A stretch of 64,000 nucleotides of DNA from Leucoraja erinacea (taxonomy: Eukaryota). This document shows, in pieces, positions 25,806 to 37,500 of the stretch; position 1 is the stretch's first letter; each line of letters starts with the position of its first letter. Where the stretch lies: NCBI RefSeq assembly GCF_028641065.1, contig NC_073387.1:6944001-7008000 (forward strand), given 5' to 3'. The notes beneath the pieces are model-generated. The model ran no database searches. It was not told where the DNA came from and saw nothing but the letters and a program-made list of their open reading frames with translations. The position numbers and the translations under genes were made by a program.

Positions 25806-28800
25806 CTCCTTCATCCCAGGAACCATTCTTCTAAATCTTATCTGCATCTCTTCAGGATCTTCACCCATGTTGAATGGATTGGGTGTAGTCCTTCAGTTGG
25901 GACACAATCAGATGCAATCTTTGTGGCCTAATGCCTTTATCTCTTAGAAAATACCCTGTCTCTTTAAGGATGAATGCATTGTCATCCAAACTCTTGTCTA
26001 TCTGAACATCCTTTAAGACTGTACCTCTTAATCTATGTTGGATCTCCTTATTCCCCCCACATTTCCCTGTATTGTATTTCATCTGCTGATATATTCCTGT
26101 CTTCTTTGGTCTCACTGTTTATTGAATTCCCAGACTTTGTGTTACAGTCGCTGCAGATTTGGAAGCCGTACGCTGCTTTCCAATTTCTAAGTCATTAATA
26201 CACTTTAGAATTTTTTGGGATTGACCTAACTTTAAATTCTTGTGAAGAGTTTGCCAATACACCCTCTGGTTTAATGGTCTTGGTGACTGTGGGAAAATCC
26301 AAGACTTTATCTCTGCACAATTAACAGAAATGTCAGTTTATTTAGAAGCTACTGATGAGGAGAACAAAAAAAAAGAGGAGTTCATGCGTCATCCATTAGA
26401 GGAGAGAAATTTACGGGATTGCTTGTAAAACTAATTTTCATATTTGCCTCATCACTCCCCTTAAAATGAGACTGTTGTTTTAGCCAACGAGGGATTAATC
26501 AGGCAATTTATGAGAGAGAAACAGGGTAGATAGGAATTGGCCGATAACAGTCCGCTGGGGGAGCCTCCTCATCTGTTACCTATCTATTACTTGTTAGCTC
26601 ATAGCCTGTTCCTTCTCCCACCTCTTATTACTTGTTAGTTCATAGCCTGTTCCTTCTCCCACCTCTTTACATTGACTACTTCATTGCTATTCAAATGTAG
26701 TCGAAGGGCCACCTGTTCACATCTCTCCACAGATGCTGCCCTCCAATTTTCACCCCATTTATTTTACCCCTCCTCCCCCTCTTGCCCACACCTCCATTCC
26801 CTGTCCTTCCCTTCTGCCACCACCCCTCATTCAGTTCCGCTCTTCACCTTACTTCCCCATCCAATTCCACAATCTGCAGCCCTTTAGGACACAGAGTGCC
26901 GGAGTAACTCTGCAGGTTAGGCAGATGGATTGGTGACGTTTCGGGTCGAAACCCTTACTCAGTCCTTCAGCTCCATTTATCACCTCCACCCTTTCCTCCC
27001 CCACCTGACTGTTATCTGCCAATTAACTCCCTCTAATCCATCATTTTGTATTCATGCCTACTATATTCTGTTGTGCTGAAGCAAAGCAAGAATTTCATTG
27101 TCCTTTCTGGGACTCATGGCAATACACTCTCTTGACTTGACTTGCTGTCTCTTGCCCCAACCCTTCCCCCACAGCTTTAGACAGGCTGCTTCCCTTCGAC
27201 TCTTTCAGTCTAGATGAATGGTCTCAGCCCCAAACATCAACGGTCTCTGCCTGAAACATCAACAGTCTATTTCCCTCCAATGTTTCCTGGCCTGCTGAGT
27301 TCCTCCAGCTGCTCTGTTTTTATAGCTGCAGATTCCAATGTTCACAGTCTCTTATGTCACTGTGGTTAAATTTGGTATTTTTGGGAGCACACATAGTTGA
27401 TTGTAAAAGTATGTATCGGCTGGTAGAATTGATGAGAGTGTGGAGAGAATAGGTTACAAGGAAAATGAGTGAAACAATAAGAGTCGTCTGAAAGCCAATG
27501 TGAATTTACTGGGTGAAGTGGAGGAAATACACTCCAGTGAGTAATGCTTGCATAATCTGCAGTTGTTGCAATATCCTGCATTGCTACACCTGGCAAATCA
27601 AGTGTGGCCCTCCCAATGTATCATGGCTGACACTTGGAGTTATTGAGTCGTACAACATGGAAACAGACTTATTTGATTTCAAGTCCAATCCCCAACCACC
27701 CGCTAAGACTAATCCAGCATGACTCCAATTTTGTGCTCCCCACACACCCGTCAATTCCACCCCAGGGTTTCTGGTCGACCCACCTACATGAGGGGCAGTT
27801 TTGAGTGGCTAATTAAACCACTTGAGAAAACCCACGCTCTCACAGGGCGAATGTGCAAACTCCACATAGACAGCACCCGAGGTCAGGATTGAACCCTGGA
27901 GCTGTTAGGTAGCTGTGCTGCTAGCTATGCCTATTGCACAGAAAAGCCGGGATTGTTGGCACTTGTATCCAACTAAAGAAGCCTTGGCTTCATTTGGAGG
28001 AAGTGTATTTAATATTGAGCAAAAATAACCAAAGTGCTGGAGTAACTCAGCAGGCCAGGCAGCATTAGTGGATGGAAATGGATTTGGTCTGGGACTTATC
28101 AGATCCATTTCCCTCTATAGATGCTGCCTGACCCACTGAGTTTCTCCAGCACTTTGATTTTTTTTTGCACAAGATTCCAGCATCTGCAGTCTTTTGTTTC
28201 TCCTATTTCTTATTGTGTGCTACTAATTTAATTCTGGGTCTGAGGTTCTGCAGAACCTCCTGTGAAGCAATCTTGTTCATTTCACCCTGACATATCCTCT
28301 CGATAAAAGAATGAACCAGAGGGGTGAAAACCATTTCTGATTTCATCCTGAGTCACAGACATACCATAAGCAGCCGCTAATCAGATATTATGGATATTTA
28401 TAGATGCTCCTTTTAAAGTGTCTTTGTTTTGTTCCAGTGCGAGTATGGCAGGCCCTTGGCAGTCAATAGCTCGCATTGTAGCAATGTGCTAATCAATTAG
28501 TTCTACCCAAGGAAGCTGGTTACCAGAAATGAATCATACAAATGTGAACGTTTTAAATCTTTAACGCATGACTCTGTATTCTTGAATATCTAGCATGACT
28601 TAACCCCAAAACGAGTTCAACAAGAGTTAAAAGTGTGGCACAGCAGTAGATTTGTTGCCTTACAGCCCTTGCAGCACCAGAGACCTGGGTTTGATCCTGG
28701 CAATGGTTGCTTGTCTGGAAGGGGTTTGTACGTTCTCCCCGTGACCTGCGTGGGTTTACTCCGAGATCTTCGGTTTGCCTCCCACACTCCAAAGACGTAC

Positions 28801-29007
28801 AGGTTTGTTGATTAATTGGCTTGGTATAAATGTAAAAACTGTCCCTAGTGTAGGGTAATGTGAATGTGCGGGGATCACTGGTCAGCACGGAATCAGTAAA
28901 ATTCTAAACCTAGAAGCTAAAACTAAAATGCCCTGATCTCATGAAAGAAGTCTACCGGGTGACATGGGATAAAAATGGTTAATGATGAGGTATTTGTCAA
29001 CTCTTCA

Positions 29008-29930
29008 GGGCGGCATGGTGGTGCAGTGGTATTGCTGCCTTACAGAGCTTTCAGCACCAGAGACCCGGGTTTGATCATGACCATGGGTGCTGTCTGTATG
29101 AAGTTTGTTCGTTCTCCCCATGACTGGCATGGGTTTTTTCTGAGATCTTCGCTTTCCTCCTACACTACAAAGACGTACGGGTTTGTAGATTAATTGGCTT
29201 TCTATAAATATAAATTGTCCCTAGCGTGTGTAGGATAGACAAACATGCTAGAGAAACGCAGCGGGTGAGGCAGCATCTATGGAGCGAAGGAAATTGGTAA
29301 CCATATAACCATATAACCATATAACAATTACAGCACGGAAACAGGCCATCTCGACCCCTCTAGTCCGTGCCGAACACATAATCTCCCCTAGTCTCATATA
29401 CCTGCGCTCAGACCATGACCCTCCACTCCCTTCCCATCCATATAACCATCCAACTTATTTTTAAATGATAAAAACGAACCTGCCTCCACCACCTTCACTG
29501 GAAGCTCATTCCACACAGCTACCACTCTCTGAGTAAAGAAGTTCCCCCTCATGTTACCCCTAAACTTCAGTCCTTTAATTCTTATGTCATGTCCCCTTAT
29601 TTGAATCTTCCCAACTCTCAGTGGGAAAAGCTTTTCCACGTCAACTCTGTCTATCCCTCTCATCATTTAAAAAACCTCTATCAAGTCCCCCCTTAACCTT
29701 CTGCGCTCCAAAGAATAAAGCCCTAACTTGTTCAACCTTTCCCTGTAACTTAGTTGCTGAAACCCAGGCAACATTCTAGTAAATCTCCTCTGTACTCTCT
29801 CTATTTTGTTGACTTGTAACGTTTCGGGTCGAAACCCTTCTTCAGACTAGGATAGTGTTAGTGTGCGGGAATCGCTGGTCGGCACGGACCCGGTGAGCCG
29901 AAGGGCCTGTTTCAGCTAAACTAAACTAAC
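29008..29930 (+). mobile_element. Nested cluster: HE1-like SINE containing a Penelope pLTR element containing a CR1 3' end
   Basis: SINE split with TSD taggatag (29231-29238 and 29848-29855); pLTR element split at gtaac by a minus-strand CR1 (~29300-29813, (CATATAAC)n tail). Confidence 0.88.
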
Positions 29931-29949
29931 AGCGAATACTGAGGGATGA

Positions 29950-30225
29950 GCTGGGTTGACAACTTCAATGCGGTGCTGAGGAACTGCTGCACTGGTGGAT
30001 TTTTGATGGGTGGCTAAATCAAGACACTGCCTGCCCTCAGGTGGTGACTTGGTACCATTTCTAAGAAAAGCAGGAGGTGCAGCAGGATGGGATTATCACT
30101 GAAATCTTGGATAATACTCGTCCCCTAACATCTTTTTTTAAATGGACTATCTCATCCTGTATGTGGGAGCTTGCTCAGCACTTACGAGTTACTGTGCTTT
30201 CAGCATTGATTACACTTCAGAAGGG
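29950..30225 (+). mobile_element. Ancient Deu-domain SINE (SacSINE1/AmnSINE1-like)
   Basis: gtgctgaggaactgctgcactg...ctgccctcaggtgg...tgtgggagcttgct...gattacacttca follows the recalled Deu-SINE consensus order. Confidence 0.6.
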
Positions 30226-30692
30226 CAGACCATTATCCATTTTTATTTGTACCTATTTAATGACTCAACGGCTGTGAGGCAGAATACCAATCAATTCTTA
30301 CCCCTTCTCTTGCAGATACTGAATGCGCGATCTTCATTTCTAATAAGTTTTATTCCGAATTTGCGCCATTCACACTTTCCTTTTCTCTCTGTCTCTTACA
30401 TTTGTAATGTCACAGGCCGGTTTATTATTTTATTACAGGTGATACCTATTTAAGATAAATAGCAAACAGAACTGGGAGTTCATCCGCTCTCTGTTAAAAG
30501 TGTAGATGAGGGTTGAGGTATTGGAGGATATTTACTTGTACAGAATCTGAAGAGTATAGCTCTCGCCAAAGAATTAATTGAACAGCTCTTCGAAATATAT
30601 ATATTGGAAAATTCCTTCATTACTAAACCCAATATCTCTCCAGGTTCCCCATTTAATTTCCCCTCTGTGTTCAAGCAATACCCATTTTCATT

Positions 30693-30912
30693 AGCTTAAG
30701 AAGGAACTGCAGATGCTGGAAAATCGAAGGTAGACAAAAATGCTGGAGAAACTCAGTGAGTGAGGCAGCATCTATGGAGCAAAGAAAATAGACAATGTTT
30801 TGGGTCGAAACCCTTCTTCTGAAGAAGGGTTTCGTCCTGAAACGTTGCCTATATCCTTTGCTCCATAGATGCTGCCTCACTTGCTGAGTTTCTCCAGCAT
30901 TTTTGTCTACCT
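30693..30912. mobile_element. Near-perfect foldback Penelope pLTR pair with 12-bp TSD
   Basis: TSD cccattttcatt at 30681-30692 and 30913-30924; axis at cttcttctgaagaag (~30818). Confidence 0.9.
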
Positions 30913-31538
30913 CCCATTTTCATTTGTCTTCATTTACGCCTGGACTGTGCGCCACTAATGACGGACCTTGGCACGTTGCCTCAGAATGTTAATGGAATCT
31001 TAAAAAAAAATCTTGCTTTCCAAGTAAAAATGCTTCTAAATGTGTTTCAGGCAACACTGTGACAATGAATGAAGGGGTCGCCAAGTAAGATGGTTTAATG
31101 GGATCTAACTAAAAGCACACAACACCAACAGGCAGAGCACATTGCTTTAAACACATTCATCGTGTGCCGGCTGCTGTGATCTCTTAATTTCAAGGTCTTC
31201 GTCCTTGGCAATTGTTACAGTTTCTCTTTTGAGAAGGTGACCTCAAGATTGAACATCAGCCAATTTGCACATTGCTGAGAGTATTTTTGTTGGTCCAAGA
31301 ATTATCTAATGTGCAAAAACATTTCTCTTATTAACTATAAAAGGAAATATAAAAGGGTTTCATCTCCAGTTATTTGTGAGGCAGAGATTTGTCATGAATA
31401 CATCACTTCTCAAAAGTACTGTAAATTTGTAGGCAGCTGTTTTAGTCTAATCCCTCGTGTGGGGCGATTAAACTAAGATATAGATTTGTAGTAACATGGA
31501 AAGAATCCAACAACTCATCCCAGGGCAATTTTACAGAA

Positions 31539-32418
31539 CAATACAATACAATACAATACAATTTAATTGTCATTTGGACCCCTTGAGGTCCAAACGAAAT
31601 GCCGTTTCTGCAGCCATACATTACAGACAAATAGACCCCAGACACAACATAATTTACATTTTACATAAACATCCATCACATTGCTGTGATGGAAGGCCAA
31701 AAAAAACTTATCTCTCCACTGCACTCTCCCCTCCCCGATGTCAGAGTCAAAGCCCCTGGCTGGCGATGGCGATTGTCCCGCAGCCATTAAAGCCACGCCG
31801 GGTGGTGCGAGGTCGCACACCGGGTCTTGGTGTTAGAGCCCCCGGCGTGCGCTCGCAAAGTTCCGCGGCCATTCCAAACCGCGCGGGGCAGTGATGTAGG
31901 CCCCGCTCCAGGAGCTCTTCGACCCCGCAACTCGGGCGGGAGAAGTCGCCGTTGCAGGAGCCCAGAAAGGCGGTCTCCCTCCAGGGATCCGCGGGCTCCC
32001 GGTGCCGACGTCCGCAGACCCGCAGTTGCAGCCTCCTAATCTCCGGAGGTCGGGCCACAGCAGCAGCAGCAGCAGCAGCAGCAGCGCTTCACCACCACTC
32101 CACCCGCTCCGGACTCGGCCAGCTCCACGACGGTGAGGTGAGTCGTCGGCACCGGAGTCCCCGGCTTCTTCTGTTGGAGGCCGCACCTCATTGCAGCCCC
32201 AACGATAACGGAGACCCGGCAAAAAAAGGTCGGGTCTCCCGTGCAGGGAGAGATTTAAAAGTTTCCCCCTCCCTCCCACCCCACCCCCCCCCCCCCCCCA
32301 CACACACACCCCAACATAAAATAAGAAAAACTACATAGAAACATAGACAGAAAATAATAAAAACGCGGACGGGCTGCAGAGGCCGCTGCTGACCAGAGTC
32401 GCGCCGCCTACCGCCTAC
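31539..32418 (-). mobile_element. GC-rich non-autonomous retroposon with Rex1/Babar-type tail and (TATTG)n end
   Basis: Minus-strand tail tttcgtttggacctcaaggggtccaaatgacaattaaa then (tattg)n; CpG-rich body including (CAG)9 at ~32058-32084; related to 59095-59678. Confidence 0.65.
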
Positions 32419-32464
32419 CAATTCCAATACTGTAAAGAGTATTCGGATTAAATTGACAAATTAA

Positions 32465-32682
32465 GGGCCTGTCCCACTTATGTAATTTATGCAACCACTT
32501 ACGACCATCCAGGCGACATGTCGCGGGGTGACGCCTGTTTGGTGGTGAGTAGTCGCCCAAACAGTCGTATCTTTTTCTGGTCGCTGCTGGATTTTCAACA
32601 TTTTGAAAATTTTCGGCGACCTACTGCGACTATGACGGGTGCCGGCAAGTTGCCGATAAAATCGCATCAGTGGGACAGACCA
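32465..32682. mobile_element. PIF/Harbinger-type MITE
   Basis: TIR gggcctgtcccact ... agtgggacagacca; TAA on the left flank. Confidence 0.7.
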
Positions 32683-32742
32683 TTTGATCAATATGCCATC
32701 CTTCAATATAAGAACTCATTCCCTCCACCATCCATACAGTAA

Positions 32743-33057
32743 AGGCCCTGTCCCACTGTACAAGTTTACCCAAGAGCTCTCCCGAGTTTAAAAAAAATCA
32801 AACTCGTGGTAAGCACGTAGAATGTACGTTGCAGGTGCGTCTAAGCTCAGGACATCTCTTAGCGACTCGTAACGCTAATGACAGGTGATCGGGAAATGCG
32901 GTAAGCTCGTGAAGACTCGTGAAGATTTCTCAACACGGTGAAAAATGGCCACGAGAGCCCCGAGTGCCCACGAGCGGCCATTACCGTAATTCTCCGAGTT
33001 CGAATCAGGGGAACACGGGAGAACTCTTGAATTAGCTCATACAGTGGGACAGCCCCA
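32743..33057. mobile_element. PIF/Harbinger-type MITE (second family)
   Basis: TIR ggccctgtcccactgta ... tacagtgggacagcccc with extended subterminal palindromy; TAA on both sides (32740-32742, 33058-33060). Confidence 0.78.
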
Positions 33058-33789
33058 TAAGGCCGATGTATACACCAAACACTGGATACACTGCACGTCA
33101 CCAAAGCTTCTTTAATAACACTCCCCAACCTCATAGATGTGCGGAAAGGCTATCACCTCTCGTTTATTTTCCTAGTCACACTCCACCCAAATAGGATCCA
33201 GATTCCTTTCTTCACTCCTCATTCATCACTTTTTTTTAAATCCTGGAGCAACATATACTGGGGAAGTTAGGATTGGCTCCAGTTGTTTTCCAAGGGCAAC
33301 TAGCGAAGGCCGATAAAAACCAGCCCTCAAATGTGAATCACAGTTCCGGTAAACAGACACTTTCTCCATGGCAAAAAAAATATTTTATGTTCTTCAACTC
33401 AAGGCCGTGAAATATTGTACCTTCCCCAGTCTTTCCTGAACTTGGAATAAAGAGAACTGCAATTTACAATTGACACTGAGCCAGGAGTGAAATGTGAAGA
33501 GGAGAACAAACTGTTGGCATGTAGATGTTAAATCCAGATTAACACAACAATGTATGAGGAAACAGTTTCTGGGCAGAAACAGATAATTGTAACTGGAAAT
33601 CCTGCTTTAGTCGGAGAAGTTTTCTGTTTTCAGAGATACAGCGTGGAAACATGCACTTCACCCCACTGACTCCATGCTGAATCCTCGATCACCCGTTCAT
33701 TCCATGTTATCGCACTTTCTCATCCACTCCCTATGCGTTAAAGGCAATTTTACTGAGGCTAATAAAACCCCCACTCTCATAGGAGATCT

Positions 33790-34089
33790 CATAGGAACCT
33801 GAGGGGTAATGTTTTCCACACAGAGAGTGGTGGGTGTATGGAATGAGCTGCTGGAGGAAGTAGTTGAGGCAGGTACTATTGCAATGTTGAAGAAACATTT
33901 GGACAGATACATGGATAGGGCAGGTTTAGAGGGATATGTGCCAAATGCAGGCAGGTCTGGCTAGTGTAGATGGGACATGTTAGTCGGTGTGGGCAAGTTG
34001 GGTCAAATGGCCTGTTTCCACAATGTATGACTCTACTCTACTCTACTCTACTCTACTCTACTCTACTCTACTCTACTCTACTCTACTCT
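33790..34089 (+). mobile_element. CR1 LINE 3' end with (CTCTA)n microsatellite tail
   Basis: cacagagagtggtgggtgtatggaatgagctg; (CTCTA)n at 34031-34089. Confidence 0.85.
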
Positions 34090-34523
34090 ATGAATCATCT
34101 ATACAAAACTAAAACTCTGACCTTGTTATCTTCCGGTTTGGCGGTCATTCAATTGTGCAAAAACGGTACGCGATAGCGCCACATATACTATACTTGTAAT
34201 AAATCTCACCAGTACTTACCTTCCCATCATTCCCAGATTTTCCGAAACGGTTAATTTCCTGGAATATATTTGGTTGGAGTGAGGTTTTTGCGTTCCATAT
34301 TTTTTTTTATACAAGTTTGTAATAAATCAATGACAACGGGGACGGACCGTATATCTTTATGTATAAAGGCTCCTTTTGTTACAGTGCGAAACATACGAAC
34401 CGGCAGTACCTTCACTGCGGCACTGCAATTGGCCTGCCATTTGGCCGTGGGCGCGATGTTTTTGGCTTAGGCCTTTAAGATTGGGGGGGGTAGGGGGCTG
34501 TAGTTAAGGAAACCTCTTTGAAA

Positions 34524-37500
34524 TGTAGTTAGCTCAGAGCAGGCTTCTGTTGTTCCAAAATAATCAATTCTGCATGGGGGTCCAGTTTTATTTTAAATAA
34601 TTTTGTGAAGATTTCAAAGAATTCTTTCCAAAACCTATGGAGTTTTATGCAAGAGACAAAGGAGTGTATTATAGATGCTTCTTGAGATAAACAGATTAAA
34701 CAGTTTGAGATTAATTTTGAATAGCGGCTGATCAACAGTGAATAGTAACCCTCTGATTGATTAGTACCTGATAGCGAAGAGTAACTGAGAGACGGGAACC
34801 TAGTTTACTTGGTGAAAAGTACCCGGATGTGTGAGGTACCCCTAATTTTGTAGAACTTAGAGAGGAGGGATAGAGGTCCCACTATAGAAGTCCAGTCTTA
34901 GCAGGGGAAAGTAAAATTTAGGAGGAAAAGTCGTCCATTTAAGAAGTTACCCTCAGCAAAGAGTACCCTAGAAAAGAGAAAATGTTCGATATCGGAGGGA
35001 GAGCTTCACTGATTGATAACAGCGTGACGCAGCATTGAGATCGAGTGTTTGTAATCCGGGCGCTAGCGTGTTAAATTATTATTGTAAATTTCCAACCAGC
35101 ACCGTCTTTTTTAGCATCTTTATTGGATCTGAATTGTATAAATACTTTGCGTATGTAAAAATATTTATAGTGTGTTAAGATTTAGAGTGTGTTAAGATTG
35201 CGGACTGCTACTTGTATTGTCTGTGTGAGTGCTTAAGGAATTTTGGGTGTTAGATAATTGGGGTAAAAGTACGTTTGAATTGAATATTTGTATCTGTGTA
35301 AATCGGGATTGTAGTATTGTTAGAATCCGATTGTTTCGATCCGGGTTCGTATTCTTTCGATCGCTGTGTCTGGGATGGAGTTGTTCCGTTGACTGAGTAC
35401 ACCACGAGGAGGATTTATTAGAGTGTGTGATTCATCGTCATAATAGGTGGATGCTTGTAGTTTATATTGGGGTGGGTCTTGGTTTACTTGTAATTGGGGG
35501 AATAATTTATTGTTTGATTATAGTTTTACTTGCGTGGTTCGGGTTTGTTTGTCTGTGTGAACTTAAAGTATTCTGAGTGGGAGCGATTGCTGCTAAAATT
35601 TAAATATTAAGAGCCAGAGCTGTAGTTTGGGAAACTGGAGATTCTTTGTTTACAGGCTGAGAGTTGAATGAAGTGATTGTGATCGAGCTGATAAGAAAGT
35701 TGAGAGCTTGATTGAATAAGAGCGAGTGAGTCAAACAATTGAATAGAGCAATTGAATGGAGTGATTGAATAACGGTTGGGAAAGATTGAAGGTACAATTG
35801 TGTGAGAAGGTGTGAATCTGCTGGCATTAGTCATTGTATGGGAGCAATTTCAGTCGCCTTGGAGGAAGGGGCCAGTATTGAGGAGGCGTGAGTGCTTTGC
35901 ATCTTATCTGTATTGTGTCTATTGTGCAGGAGGATGGGGAATGTACTGGCGAAGGACCTATCAAATATTCCTGAAAGTCTGATAAGAATAATTTGTGAGA
36001 AAATTCCGCATGAAGCAGAGATGAAGAAAATTATCAGGAAAATTAAATAAAGTTTTGAGGAACGAACTTTGGCCGATAGGTGGGCTAAAGTCTATAGTAG
36101 GAACAACCTACATAGAGACAATTGTTAGACAATATGGAAACAGTGAAGAAGGGAACGAGTTTACGAGCTTATTGAAAGTTCACTGAAAGGAAAGGAAATA
36201 AAGAAGTCGTTCTGCTTTCTACTTTAAGAATGACAGCGTTGAAGTTAGGGATTAGAATGGAAGAAGAGAGAACTGGTCCTTCTCTAGACATTTTGGAACA
36301 GGGAAAGAAAGATAGTGGAAGCCTGGAGCAGGAGAGAACATAATCTTTTAAAGGAGAAATGACTGCGATGGCTCTTAAAGGGGAGGTGCCGACTAAAATC
36401 AAACTGATTAAATTTAGTAAGAGTGCCGCGCGCGGTTAGCGTGGATCTCGAAGGGAGAGAAGCCCAATATATACAAGGATGGGCAGACTTTTTCGGAACA
36501 GAGCCACAGCATTCCTCTCAGCCCTCTCATGTTCTTAGTTCGGAGACACCATGCGCAGCTTGTGAACTGGGGCGCTCGGGATGAGTTAGTGCTATCTTCG
36601 ACTCCACCCACTAATTTCAAATCCAGTGGGAAAATCGGGAAAGGACTATCGAGCTCCAACGATTGCTTTACCTGCAGAGGATAGTGTAGGGGACAAGGAG
36701 TTAGAAGGAAGGTTCCTCAGAAGTGGGTGCCAAAATTAATTGGGAAATCAAGTGGGAAAGTGAAAGAATCCTTCCTAAAGTATAGAGATTCTGGTAGCAG
36801 AAAGAGCAGTTTCTCTGATGGTGAGACAGCAGGAGGCTATGAAGTGGCTGATCCTGACATCGATAAGATCAGAGCAAATTCCCGACGATATGGATATGGA
36901 GTGGATTCCCCGTAGACAATTCCCTAGTTGGAAGCTGCCTACTCCGCCTTTAGAATTAGATCCCGCAGTAGGTGCAAATTATCCCCGGGCTACAGATGTC
37001 AACATTTCAATGCAACCTAGTTCAACGGCAGCTAAATCCTTCTAAAGACCCGGACTAAGAATCCAGAAACGGGAAGTAACATCAAAGGAGGAGGAATTTA
37101 AAGCGTGGATAGACATGCCAATCCGAGAGCCGACTTTCCCTCGGTTTGGTTGGATAGGGTATACAGCTGTTAGACCTGATCAATATTACATCTGTGGGGA
37201 ATCAGGACATTGGATCCGATCTTGCCCTGTGAGGGAACACTGAGAAGGAAGTGGTCAAAGAAGAGGGCCACAAGGTCTAAGAAGTCAGCGGATCCCTAGA
37301 GGTTACATGGACACTTGGGACCCCGAAGGTAGAGGAAGAGAACACTGGCCAGAGGATCAGGGAGCAGGGACATTCTGGCAGCCAAATCCTTTCCGATAGC
37401 CCTGATCTGCCAGCTAACACAAAGTATGAAATCTGAGGGTCTTCTCACATGGCCCAAAAATAATAATAAATTATAAGAACAAGAAAGAACACCACCCCTT

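Noticed and set aside
31833-32338. Overlapping ORFs with poly-Leu, poly-Ala or poly-Gln runs
   Set aside because: GC-rich retroposon body with a CAG microsatellite; ORFs in all frames reflect low stop-codon density.
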